A stretch of DNA of 64,000 nucleotides from Octopus sinensis (lineage: Eukaryota), in contig NC_043007.1 of the NCBI RefSeq assembly GCF_006345805.1, positions 70,432,001 through 70,496,000 on the forward strand. Direction: 5' to 3'. Made by a program: the position numbers and the translations under genes. Positions 12,910-24,817 of this stretch are shown piece by piece; positions within the stretch are counted from its first letter, which is position 1, and each line of letters opens with the position of its first letter. The notes under the pieces were generated by a model, which saw only the letters and a program-made list of their open reading frames with translations, searched no databases and had not been told where the DNA came from.

Positions 12910-13342
12910 TTAACCCTTTAGTGTTCAGATTATTCTATCAAACATAATGCTTATTGATTCCCATTGATTTGAATTAATCATGCATTATCTCATATCTTCA
13001 AGATCTTGATGGTGTAATTACTTAATGTAGAATAACATTGTAGGGTAGGTGTGAGAGCCTGGATCTAGTCAGCTTGAACATAAAACAGATTAGCTATTTT
13101 GGCCGGATATGGCCAGTTAACCCTTTAGAATTCAGATTTCTTTGTGAAATGTAATATTTATTTATCCACAATGTTTTGGAATCATCAAGCATTATCTCAT
13201 CAGTTTGAAATTTCAATGGTGTGTTTGTATATTTTTAGATTGACATTGTAGGGTAGGTGTGAGGGGTTGGATCTGGTCAGTCTTAACATAAAACATAGAA
13301 TATTTGGGCCAGAAATGGCTGGATTAAATGCTAACGGGTTAA
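12910..13342. mobile_element. Two tandem piggyBac-type (TTAA) MITE units
   Basis: TTAA-CCCTTTAG starts at 12910 and 13117; ends ctaacgggTTAA. Related copies near 13475-13690, 25472-25880, 30340-30548 and 54022-54249. Confidence 0.7.
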
Positions 13343-14167
13343 CCTATAAATGAGACCGTGGCAAGCACTACTATTCTTGTTCAGAATGGACTTGGGAATA
13401 ACAGTTAATCAAGATGTGACTCCACACCCCGCTCAACTCCAGAACTGGAGCCTCACCACTGGATGTAGTTCAACCATTTAGCATTTAAACCGGCCATATC
13501 CAGCCCAAATATTCTTTTGGTTTTATGTCCAAATTGGCCAGGTCTGGCCTTTTATACCTACACTATAATGGCATTATAGTGCCAATCACATCGCTGAAGT
13601 TTCAAAGCTGCAAGATAATGCATGAATAATTCAAAATAATGTGAATATATAAGCATTACATTTGACAGAATCAGAATGCTTGAGTTAATGTCATACCCAG
13701 GACATTGTGTGCGTGTGCACACACGCACAAGTAGCACAAAGCCACCTCACTCAATACTATCATTCACCTTAGGTTAGGGATCTTGCCCTGCAAGTTACTT
13801 GGTAAGCTCCCTGATGCTGATGCCATGAAAAAAAGCACCCAGTATACCCTGTAAAAGAGGTTGACATTAAGAATGTTAACCAGTTGCAGAAACCATGCCA
13901 AAGCAGATATTCTGTCGGAAGATAAACATTAAATGGAACAAGATGATGATGATGAACTCACAAATATATATGTACAGACACGCACACATGTAGTACAATC
14001 TGTATGTTATATAGTGCACTAACTACTATGTAAGTCAATTTATGTCAATGTATAAAATTATTATGCTCTAATAATAATACTAACAAAATACACTTACCAG
14101 ATAAGAAAAGGTATTTTATTTCTAATTAAAATCCTAAATTCTAGAATCAATGAGATTTCTTCATCAA

Positions 14168-14243
14168 TGCAACAATGTTTCATATTAAAGTTTACATCAG
14201 AAAACATCTGATTCGGAAGATTTAATCATCAACATCGTAGCAA
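14168..14243 (-). ncRNA. Structured intronic element copy 2
   Basis: Core identical to copy 1. One terminal-stem change gives a G.U pair on the minus strand only. Confidence 0.45.
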
Positions 14244-15328
14244 CATTTGTTCGTTAAATTTACCATAACAGAATAAAATAGCTACTTTTTATTTAAAGTA
14301 AATTTTCCTCATTGAAGACAGAGAAAGAAAGAAATGAAAGGTACATTAGTTAAAAGATACAGGAGGTTCTTAAAAACAGCTGTTAATCTTTCATATATTG
14401 CATAGATTGCTTAAATTAATGCATTCACAACAACACAAATTAAGGTTTACCTGAACACACACACACACACACAAGTCCATCCATCTACTATTCATAGGAG
14501 TATCATGGGACTAGAAGCCTCAGGCACCCCTGCCATAGTGTCCTATCAGAAGCAACCGTGATTACTTTCCAGCTGAATTCCTGAACATGATCATCTGAGA
14601 CAATGAATATTATCCAATCGTCTCATTCTTGGTCTCAGCTGGCTTTGCTTGAAGAAATTTGTCTGGTGATTCTTTCATACATCTTAATCACGTGTCCATA
14701 ATACCAAAGCTGGGACCTCTCAATGCAGAGAAGTAACCAACTGACCTAGAGAGAACCCATGACCTCTGCGCTACACACCCTGTCAAGTAGTATTACTCAA
14801 ATGATCCTTTGAAGGAGCCCCGTTTCAGCCCCTTGCATTTGCTCCTGGGCTTTTCATCCTGCCTGTGCTTAGTAGTTTCAAAATGAAAGTTAGTCCAAGT
14901 AATCCAATCCCACTCTTCAGACTTCGACGTCTGACCACAGTGGTTCAGCAGGCCAAGATAGTGACCAGCATGCTGTAGGTTTTACACTGGAGTGGCCTTC
15001 TCCTACAGAAAACTTACATGGTGGGAGGGATCTACCAACACTGAAGTTGTTGGAAGGGTGCAAAAGTGGGCAATGGACTGCCTGAGGGACTCCAATCCTT
15101 TGTTTTATGTAAAGATTGTCACCCTTAACTTTTTCCTTTCCTACAGTACTCGTGAGATAGTGAGGATTTGTGCTTGGACTTTCTTCCATGTCATACTAAT
15201 TAACCCAAGTTAGGACCCTGACAGGTGCTACTACTCCAAGTCACAGTAGACCCAGGAACAATAATGAATAACAGATGGTTCTACATTCCCCAAGACTGAA
15301 CCTGGTAGTAGGTAGAGCCATATATATA

Positions 15329-15490
15329 GACGTAGGAGTGGCTGTGTGGTAAGTAGCTTGCTTACGAGCCACATGGTCCCGGGTTCAGTCCCACTGCATG
15401 GCACCTTGGGCAAGTGTCTTCTACTATAGCCTCAGGCCAACCAAAGCCTTGTGAAGGGATTTGGTAGATGGAAACTGAAAGAAGCCCGTC

Positions 15491-15525
<35 letters not shown>

Positions 15526-15737
15526 GTGTGTGTGTGTGTGTGTGTGTCTGTGTTTGTCCTCCCAACATCGCTTGACAACCGATGCTGGTGTGTTTACTAG
15601 CGGTTTGGCAAAAGAGACTGATAGAATAAGCACTAGGCTTGCAAAGAATAAGTCCTGGGGTCGATTTGCTCGAATAAATGTGGTGCTTCAGCATGGTCAC
15701 AGTCAAATGACTGAAACAAGTAAAAGAGAGTAAAGAG
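15329..15737 (+). mobile_element. tRNA-derived SINE with central (TA)(TG) microsatellite
   Basis: ggagtggctgtgtggtaagtagcttgctt...ccgggttcagtccc pol III-like head and ...gactgaaacaagtaaaagag tail; many copies in the window. Confidence 0.85.
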
Positions 15738-15753
15738 TATATACACATACATA

Positions 15754-17545
15754 CAGTGGTAACTTGACTTACGAGAGTCCCAACCAACGAGTTTTCCAAG
15801 ATAACAGCCGACTCTTGGCTGATTTTTTGCTTCGAGTTGCAAGCTAAAATTCAGGTTACGAGTCAGCTTCAGATACTCCACCACTAGTTGGCATAGCAAA
15901 CGCCACAGTGAATGCTGTAATATCTGTCCAGCATCTCGCGTCTCAGTTGATAGCTAGACAGACATGCATGTTAGCAAGTGCCAAGATCATTAGTAGATGA
16001 TAGCTAGACAGACATGCACACTAGTTAGACAGGTGGTAAAATGCTTACTTGGTCGTTGTAGGCTACAGAAGCATCAGTGTTGTGCTTGCAGTTTATTTTA
16101 CAAAACTTTGTTTTTCCAACCATGGGTCCAAAGAAAGTGAGTGCAAAAGACAGTGGTGAGAAGAAGAAGTGGATGATGTGCATTGAATGGAATTATCAAA
16201 AAGCATGACCAATGAGTGCGGGTAGTCAACATGGCAAAGCAGTACAAGCGTAGCACTTCGATCTGCACCATACTAAAGCAGAAGTAGTCAATAAAGGCTA
16301 TAATGTCAGCCAAGGGTGTTAAAACAATTTCTAAAGAGCAAACATCTATCCATGAAAATATGGAGAAGCTGCGAGAAGCAGCTTGCAGGGGATACCATGA
16401 CAGAGGCTATAATCTGTGAGAATGCACAAGCTATTTATGCTGATTTGCTGCAGCAGACTCCAGACACTTGTCTGGACGAGGCATCAGGCAAGCTGTTTAA
16501 AAGCCAGTTGGTGCTGGTTCGAGAATTTTAAAAACAGGACCGGCATTCACCCCATTGTCAGCCATGGTGAGGTAGTGAGGGTAGATATGAAGGCAGCTGA
16601 AGATTACCTCTAAACCTTTGCCAGAATTATAGCAGCCGAAGGATACATCCCCCAGCAAATCTTCAAATGTGATGAGACAGGTCTTTTTTGGAAGAAGATG
16701 TCAAAGAGGACATATACAACAGCAGAGGAGAAGAGAATGCCAGACCACAAACCCATGAAAGATAGGCAAACACTCCCACTGTGCACCAATGCAATATTAA
16801 GCTGCTGCTAGTTTAGCATTTGGAAAACACCAGAGCCTTTAAGTCACAGAAGATTCTCAAAGGAAAACTGCCGGTTATGTGGAAGGCAAGACCAAGGGTG
16901 TGGAGTGGGTGAATTTGGTCTTTGGTCCTGACTTTAGGAAATATCTCCAGGAAAATAACCTATCAATGCAAGCCTTCTCATCCTGGACAATGGACCTACT
17001 CACCCATCTAGCCTCAAAGAGTTCGAGTTTATAAAGGTTCTCTACCTTCCACCCAACACCACCCCTATTGCAGTCCATGGATCAGCAGGAGATTTCAAAT
17101 TTCAAGAAGCTCTTCACTAAGCACCTCTTCTGTTGCCACTTTGAGGTGACAGAGAGCAAAGACCTCACCCTTCGAAAGTTCTGGAAGAACCACTATGACA
17201 TCAAGATATGTCTCAGAATTATTGACATGGCCTGACAGGGTGTTACAAAGACGACCTTCACCTCTGCGTGGAAGAAGCTGTGGACTGAAGTTGAGTCTGA
17301 AACAGAGTTTGAAAGACTCGAACCTGAAGCGGCAGTGGTGGAGGAGATTGTATCTCTTGGCAAGTCCATGGGCCTGGATGTGGATGAAGGTGACATCAAT
17401 AAGCTCATCGAGGACCACTCCAAGGAACTGACAACAGAAGAGCTAAAGGAGTTACAGATGCAGCAGCACATGGAGGTTTTGCAGGAAACAGGTGATGTGG
17501 AGGAGACGGAGGGGGAGGTTAATTCTACAAGAGCAATAAAGGAAA
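15754..17545 (+). mobile_element. Tigger/pogo DNA transposon, transposase pseudogene
   Basis: TA|CAGTGGTAACTTGACTTACGA end; FKASWCWFENFKNRTGI (CENP-B-type HTH) and IFKCDETGLFWKKM...KDR (DDE_1), with stops. Confidence 0.85.
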
Positions 17546-17789
17546 TGTTGAAATTCATCCTGCTTCTCATCATTCTATACCCACTTAAAACTTGTCTAGT
17601 TCCTTCCTACTGTTTGTTCTTCCCGTAATGCTATTGCTGAATTGTTTCAACTCAGAAGGAGAGGAGGGAGGGAGGGAGGGAGAAAGGAAGGAAGGAGAGG
17701 AACTATTGCAGAGGGCGAGAGAGAATATATGTAAGCAAGAGAAACAGAGAACGAGAAGTGGGAGAGATTCAGTTGAAAACTGCAGTTGT

Positions 17790-17998
17790 TAGAGAAAAAC
17801 CTGTGTAAAACACCTTTTTTTCCTCATTTCTCACTTTATCCGGGAGCTCTGGGCAAAAAAGTTATAGTGCGTGATTATTCTTAGCACATAAGTAATGTGT
17901 GTGTGTGTGTGTGTGTGTGTAAAGTTTGGAGAAAATTGGTTGAAAACTCTGGAAATGTATACATATAACGTACACAGACATCCGTTGTTTTATATAGA
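17790..17998 (-). mobile_element. Helitron-like non-autonomous element, 5' part
   Basis: Minus strand begins a|TCTATATAAAACAACGGATGTCTGTG, like the other Helitron 5' ends; 3' end not recognised. Confidence 0.55.
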
Positions 17999-18003
17999 TA
18001 TTT

Positions 18004-18396
18004 ATTCTTTTACTTGTTTCAGTCATTTGACTGCGGCCATGCTGGAGAACTGCCTTTTAGTTGAGCAAAGCAACCCCAGGACTTATTCTTTGTAAGCCTA
18101 GTACTTATTCTATTGGTCTCTTTTGCCAAAGCACTAAGTTATGGGGATGTAAACACACCAGCACTGGGAATCAAGCAATGTGGGGGTGGGGCAAATACAG
18201 ACACACAAACACACTCATATATATATGTATATACGAAGGGCTTCTTTCAGTTTCCACCGACCAAATCCACTCACAAGGCTTTGGTCGGCCCGAGGGTACA
18301 GTAGAAGACACTTGCCCAAGGTGCCACACAGTAGGACTAAACCCGGAACCATGTGGTTGGTAAGCAAGCTACTTACCACACAGCCACTGCTGCACC
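18004..18396 (-). mobile_element. tRNA-derived SINE, same family as 15329-15737
   Basis: Full-length reverse-complement match to that copy. Confidence 0.85.
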
Positions 18397-18479
18397 TATA
18401 TACATAAATATATATCATATACATACACACACACCACACAAACACATATATAATATACACACAGATCATTAGCTTTGTC

Positions 18480-18990
18480 CTTCATGTCTCTGAAGATGAC
18501 CAGATTATCAGCTTTACACTGTGTTAGTCTTGTGGTAGCTTATTAGGCAAATTTAGGCATGGAATCTGCAATTACAATAGGAACACATAATAGCAGAGAC
18601 AGGACCCAGTGAGATTTGCTTTCCCTGCCGCCCTCCTCTCTTTAGTTTCTCTGGTCGCATCAGATTTAAAGTGCTGTACACCAGAGTACACAGCACTACA
18701 CCACAGGGAGCAATCCCAAACAAGATGCTCCCAAGTAGGCAGCTCTATGTTACACTTTTTCAAGGTGGTCTTGAGAGGGTCTTTACATTTCCTGTTTGGT
18801 CCACCACTTGACCACGAGACAATTGCTAGACGACCACAGGAGATCTGTTTAGTGAGCCTGGAGCTGGGCATATGTACTACATGCTCCCTTCACCATAGTA
18901 GGAATTTGCTCAGGAAAGCATACATGCTTAGCATAATAGCTCTCTCAAGCACAGTTCTATTAAGAATTTTATCCCGATGTCAATAATTTT
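18480..18990 (-). mobile_element. RTE-1-like LINE C-terminal fragment
   Basis: MPSSRLTKQISCGRL...GGPNRKCKDPLKTTLKKCNIELPTWEHL resembles RTE ORF2 C-termini. Confidence 0.75.
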
Positions 18991-19129
18991 TTGCAGATAT
19001 TACTATATACACCGTGTGTGTGTGTGTATATACATTATATATATATATATATATATAGATATATACATATTTACTTCACAATACGGTTTATATAATACAC
19101 TGTGTTAATGCACAAAATTATATTCTGAT

Positions 19130-20015
19130 AATAATAATCATCATCATCATCATTACTGATCGACCGTGGTCGAGACAATGGAATTTACCATGCTACGCCA
19201 GACTTGCACGGTCCATCATAGCATTACGGAGGTCCTGTTGCTGGATGCCGGTATCCCTGGAGATTACATCAGGGTAGGAGAGTGTGTGCCCTCTGGTATC
19301 GTGAGTAGATGGCTTCCAGAGGAGGAGAGTAGAAATTGCCTCGTTTTCAGCTCTACAACAATGTCCAGCTAACTGGACTCTCCTACCTTTCACAAAAGAT
19401 GACACAGGTGGTAGTTTCCCATATATTTGCATTTTGGTTGGATGGTGCTTCCACGAGAGATTTTGAGCTCTCATAAGGAGACGAGTGTAGGTTCCATCCA
19501 ACCGCCTCTCAAGCTTCTTTGATAACGTCCAGGTTTCTGAGCCATATAGTAGAATTAGTTCGACTGTGGCTTTAAAGATTTTAAGCTTAAGTCTCTACTT
19601 AGATTTGATGACCAGATCTTAAGCATATCATTACAGGCTGACCAGGCCATACCCTTTATAGTTAGAAAATCTTTTCCAGATGATGATATGTATGACCCAA
19701 GATATTTGTAATCAGAAACCATATTTAAGGGCGTATTGTTGAGAGTATGGATGATGCAATCACTGTTGGAGAGGCACTTGTTTACATATTCAGTCTTGCC
19801 CTCATTGAGGTAAAGACCTACACAATTTGAGGCTTGTTCGAGAGATTGTAAAAGAGACTGGGCATTAGAGAGAGAATCACTGATAAGAGCGATGTCGTCA
19901 GCGTCTGTTAAGTATTCAGCTGGGTGTCTGGAACTTCTAGGTTTTATTTCAAAGCTCTTGCCAGAAATGGTATCAACTGACATACGTAGCACATAGTCAA
20001 CGACAATGATGAAGA
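19130..20015 (-). mobile_element. RTE-X-like LINE, 5'-truncated, with (TGA)n tail
   Basis: DADDIALI, VSDYKYLGSYI and YTRLLMRAQNLSWKHHPT...GHCCR motifs; tail at 19130-19155. Confidence 0.8.
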
Positions 20016-20130
20016 TAATAATAATTCTAATGAAATACATATACCAGTTATGAAAGCATCATCTTTTATAAAATATATTTTATTCCTATTTAAAATCTTA
20101 AAACTTAGAATTAATGAAATTTATTCATCA

Positions 20131-20205
20131 ATGCTACAATGTTTCATATTAAAGTTTACATCAGAAAACATCTGATTCGGAAGATCTAATCATCAACATG
20201 GTAGC
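20131..20205 (-). ncRNA. Structured intronic element copy 3
   Basis: Core identical apart from one change that makes a G.U pair in the inner stem on the minus strand. Confidence 0.45.
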
Positions 20206-21576
20206 AATGTTTGTTCATTAAATTTACCCTAACGTCATAAAACATTTTTTTTTTTTTCAATAAACATCTGTGAAAATAATAAAACACACCATTCTACCAA
20301 ATCAACATAATCAAGACCACAAGAAAATATCGATGGGGGTACTTTCTAAAATAGTAAATTTTGTCAAAAGAAAACAAAAAAAAAAAAAACAGTATCAGCA
20401 AATACAAGACTGTTATCTTAACATTTTACATTAATATTTTAAAATTGAGGTGTTTAGTAACAGATTGTCATAAGCTTCACAACATAAAACCGAGAAAAAC
20501 ACAAAGTTGTGCGACTTTCAGAATGCGATATCTTGGCAAGGAATGAAGTTAGAAAGCTGATTTTGGTCATAAAATGACCATGAAGACCTCCTCTAATCAT
20601 CCCACCGCCATAAAATTATTTATTTTATGTATGCATCAGAAGGATGAAACAATGACTGCGCCTTTCTTATTTTGTAGAATATACTGGTGCTATGAAACGG
20701 TGTATCGCATTGCATATTTTAGCCATAATACCTACAAAAAAAAAACATACAGAGACCCCCACCAAAGGTATAGTTTGTGTTTCTATATACCAAGGTAAGT
20801 ATCTTTAAGAAGTAAGACAAGATAGTAAAATAATAACCCATTATCGTTATGAAGGTAACAAGAAATATTAGAAAATGAGCCATAACACTTCAAAAATGAT
20901 ACAGGGACCGCAGAAAAACTTATTGAGTGTGTGTGCTTACGATGGTGTATTACTAAACTCTCTGGTCCAAGCCACACTGGTTCTTCCAACTTTTTGGGAT
21001 TCTAGATATCGAGATAAAGAAAATAATATACCAACCTCAAAAATGGCCAGGGTGGCACTTATGACACTTATTAAACCCCTCAACATATTCAATTGTGATG
21101 TCAAGGAAAATTCACGTGGAGAGACCACTTCGTCTTCAAGCAGACACCCTGTTGAGCAATGTTACTCCAGAGATCCTTCAGAGGAGCCCTATTTCAACTG
21201 CTTGTATTCACAATTGTACACTTTCGGTCATTACTCAACATTCATGACACATTCACATACATGTATGCATGTACAATTCAATTAGCACAAAGCTACCTCT
21301 CTCAATGGAATCCCCTTACATAGATGAAGGGTCTTGTGTTGCAAGTTACTTGATAAGTTACTCACTAGGTGGTGCTGTGAAAAAAAAAAACCCACCAATT
21401 ACAGTCTGTAAAGTGCACTAGAAAGGCATCCAGGGTGTAGAAACCACGGCAAAGCTGACACTGGTGTTCTATATAATCTTCTGGCTTATTGGTTCCTGTT
21501 AAACCTTCCAACCCATGCCAGTATGGAAAAAGGACATTAAATGATGAAGAAGGACAAGCAGATATATAATACATCT

Positions 21577-22260
21577 ATTATATAAAATCTGTTGTCTGTC
21601 TGTGTGTGTGTGTGTCTTCTAGGATCTCAGCCATCCTCCATCCAATTGCGCTCAAATTTGATATGTAGATACTTATTTCTTTATTACCCACAAAAGGCTA
21701 AACATAGAGGGAACAAACAAGGACAGACATAGGTATTATGTTGATCACATCGACCCCAGTGCGTAACTGGTACTTAATTTATCGACCCCGAAAGGATGAA
21801 AGGCAAAGTCGACCAGGGTGTGTATAAGTCTTTAAAAAATTAGAAAAATCAATTCCAGGTGAGAATGCGATCAATAAAGCCGTGGGAAAGTGCAAGTACA
21901 TCAGCTGTTGTGATCGATACTACGCGTAAGCGAAAAAATGCACGTGCAGTTTGCGCAGGCATTCTCAAGGCAAAAGTTATCATGGGTCAAGGAGCAGGGG
22001 ATGTTGTTTTTATTTCCCGCATGCCATTAATTCTGTCGGACTGTGTTTACCCGATGAAACGTGTTCAATCCCCTATTCGCCTGAGCTTTGCGATGACCAT
22101 CAACAAAGCACAGAGGCAGTTGTTGAAAGTCGTGGGGTTGGAAGTCAGCACTCCCTGCTTTTTGCATGGACAACTGTATGTGGGCTGTTCAACAAACCTT
22201 TTCTACTACGCTCCAGACGCAGTAACAATGAATGTGGTTTACAAGGCTGCGCTCCACTAG
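21577..22260 (+). mobile_element. Internally deleted Helitron with PIF1-like helicase C-terminus; SINE fragment inserted at ~21690-21815
   Basis: 5' a|TCTATTATATAAAA; RMPLILSD...KRVQSPIRLSFAMTINKAQ...HGQLYVGCS; CTAG at 22257-22260. Confidence 0.85.
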
Positions 22261-22845
22261 CTTTTCCATGCCCATGAACATCCCATAAAGTTAGCTAGCT
22301 CAAAATTAGTCACTTAGTCCCCTAGGTTGTTGTTTTTCATCAAAAATCATCCCAAGTTGATTTCCTACATGTTTTATCAGATAAACTTATTTTTGTCCCC
22401 GGTACGTTTTCATAAATTCATCATGCTTTTCTATCTAGATTTACCTCCAACTAACCCATTTGCATGCATCGTTTTTGTCCTGCTTTTCTTCTGTCAACCT
22501 GTACATAACTGCACCTTCCATTTTTTGTTGTTTTTGTACTGCTTAAAAGCACGTTTCTTTCCTGCCAAGCTTTCTGTTTAAACCGTGTTTGTGTTCTCCC
22601 AGTCAACAGCCTTATCATTACTGGTACCTTAAACTCTTCAGTTGCATATTTGTGTGAATAAAATCGTTTTTCTTTGGAATAGAAAAAAAGTCTATCTTTA
22701 TTTCTTCTTTCGCTGGTGTCTCAAATTTAGGTTAAATCAGTGTTTCTCAAAGGGGATGCCCATGGGACGGTCAGACAAGTTGTTTTGAGAAAACTTGGTT
22801 TAAATGTTTGACAACTCAGCACCGTCCACTGGAGGGGGGGGCTCG

Positions 22846-22881
<36 letters not shown>

Positions 22882-23127
22882 AACATATACATACACATAT
22901 ATAAACATACACATATATATACATGCACACACATATATTCATATACACATAGGCTATAGTAGAAGACACTTGCCCAAGGTGCCCCGCAGTGAGACTGAAC
23001 CCGGAACCATGTGGTTGGGAAGCAAGCTACTTATCACACACCCACATATACACATTTATATATATATATATATATACACGTATACATATATATATATATA
23101 CACACACACACACATACATATATATAC

Positions 23128-23935
23128 ACATTTGACTGCGGCCATGCTGGAGCACCGCCTTTAGTCAAGCAAATCGACCCCATTATTCTTTGTAAGCCTA
23201 GTACTTATTCTATCGGTCTCTTTTGCCGAACTGCTAAGTTACAGGGACGTAAATACATCAACATCGGTTGTCAAGCGATGTTGGGGGGACAAACACACAC
23301 ACATCATCATCGTTTAACGTCCGCTTTGCATGCTAGCATGGGTTGGACGATTTGACTGAGGACTGGTGAACCAGATGGCTGCACAGGTTCCAATCTGATC
23401 TGGCAGAGTTTCTATAGCTGGATGCCCTTCCTAACGCCAACCACTCCGAGAGTGTAGTGGGTGCTATTAAAGTGCCACTGGCACGAGGGCCAGCCTGGCA
23501 ATGGCCACGCTCGAAAATGGTGTTTTTTACGTGCCACCTGCACAGGAGTCAGTCCAGTAGCACTGGCAACAACCTCGCTCGAATGTTTTGTTCAGGTGCC
23601 ACAGACACAAGCGCCAGTGAGGCGACACTGACAACAATCACGCTCAAATGGTGTGCTTTATGTGCCAGACAGCTGCTCTGGCAGTAATCCTGCTTGGATG
23701 GAGCAGTTAGTGCTCCACTGGCATGGGTGCCAGTCGACACACACACATATATATATACATACATACATACACACACATGATGGGCTTCTTTCGGTTTCCA
23801 TCTACCAAATCCACCCACAAGGCTTTGGTCGGCCCGAGGCTATACTAGAAGACAGTTGCCCAAGGTGCCACGCAGTGGGACTGAACCTCGAACTATGTGG
23901 TTGGTAAGTAAGCTACTTACCACACAGCCACTCCT
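23128..23935 (-). mobile_element. tRNA-derived SINE split by an RTE-tail retroposon (23303-23650) in its central microsatellite
   Basis: SINE 3' half at 23128-23300 and 5' half at 23770-23935; a further SINE 5' fragment at 22950-23040. Confidence 0.8.
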
Positions 23936-24127
23936 GTATATACATATACATATGTATGTATATAAACTATTTGGCTGCTTGTTTCCCTGGAGATTGTCAG
24001 AATGATGTAGACGCTTCTGATGAGATCCCAATAAGGTTCAAAAATTGATAAAAGGTTGTTCATCATTGAATGCTCCAACAATTCTGTCAATACACACTTT
24101 AGACAGGGACTTTTGTCAACCTCAAAG

Positions 24128-24535
24128 GGATCATCATCATCATTTAGCTTCCGTTTTCCATGCTAGCATGGGTTGGATGGTTTAACTGGGGTCTGTGATT
24201 TGGCAGTCAGATTTGGCAGTGTTTCTACGGCTGGATGCCCTTCCTAATGCCAACCACTCCGTGAGTGTAGTGGGTGCTTTTTACGTGCCACCTGCACAGG
24301 TGCCAGACAGAGCTGGCAAACGGCCACGAACGGATGGTGTTTTACGTGCCACCGGCACGGGGGCCAGGCGAGGCTGGCAACGGACACGAACGGATGGTGC
24401 TTTTACGTGCTACTGGCACGGGGCCAGGCGAGGCTGGCAACGGACACGAGCGGATGGTGCTTTTACGTGCAACGGCACGGGGGCCAGGCAAGGCTGGCAA
24501 TGGACACGAACGGATGGTAGTTTTACGTGCCAACA
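24128..24535 (-). mobile_element. RTE 3'-UTR retroposon containing a 60-bp minisatellite (~4 units)
   Basis: cggatggtg recurs at 24331, 24391, 24451 and 24511. Confidence 0.85.
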
Positions 24536-24681
24536 AAAGTGTGTATGTATGTTCAATCAGAAAAGTAATTGTTTTCTATATATTCTTAACACTAAGTCTT
24601 GTTTGTTCCTCATTCCCAAATATAAATAATATATTATCCTTTGTTTTCAATCTCTTTTCTTTCACCCTAACCTATACTTAC

Positions 24682-24817
24682 CCTTTTCAGCTCGCTCCTC
24701 CACAACAATACTTTTTAAATCTTCGGATAGTCTGAATATGACATATCTATGTTTATGCTTCAATTTGATTTCTTGAAAAGCGTCTAAAACTTCATCTGCA
24801 ACAGTAACTCCGGAGGA
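24682..24817 (-). CDS. CFL: ADF/cofilin, first full coding exon (SSGVTVADEVLDAFQEIKLKHKHRYVIFRLSEDLKSIVVEERAEK+G; phase 0 to 1)
   Basis: Manual minus-strand translation; acceptor tttttaaatttcag| and donor |gtaagt; 136 nt. Typical ADF/cofilin N-terminus (M)SSGV with Ser3. Needs an upstream exon ending in ATG. Confidence 0.95.

Noticed and set aside
14098-14135. RNKIPFLIW|gtaagt as a duplicated or mutually exclusive cofilin exon (compare RQKLAFFLW|gtaagt)
   Set aside because: In-frame stop upstream, no CRY motif, and the peptide is not kept in copies 1 and 3.
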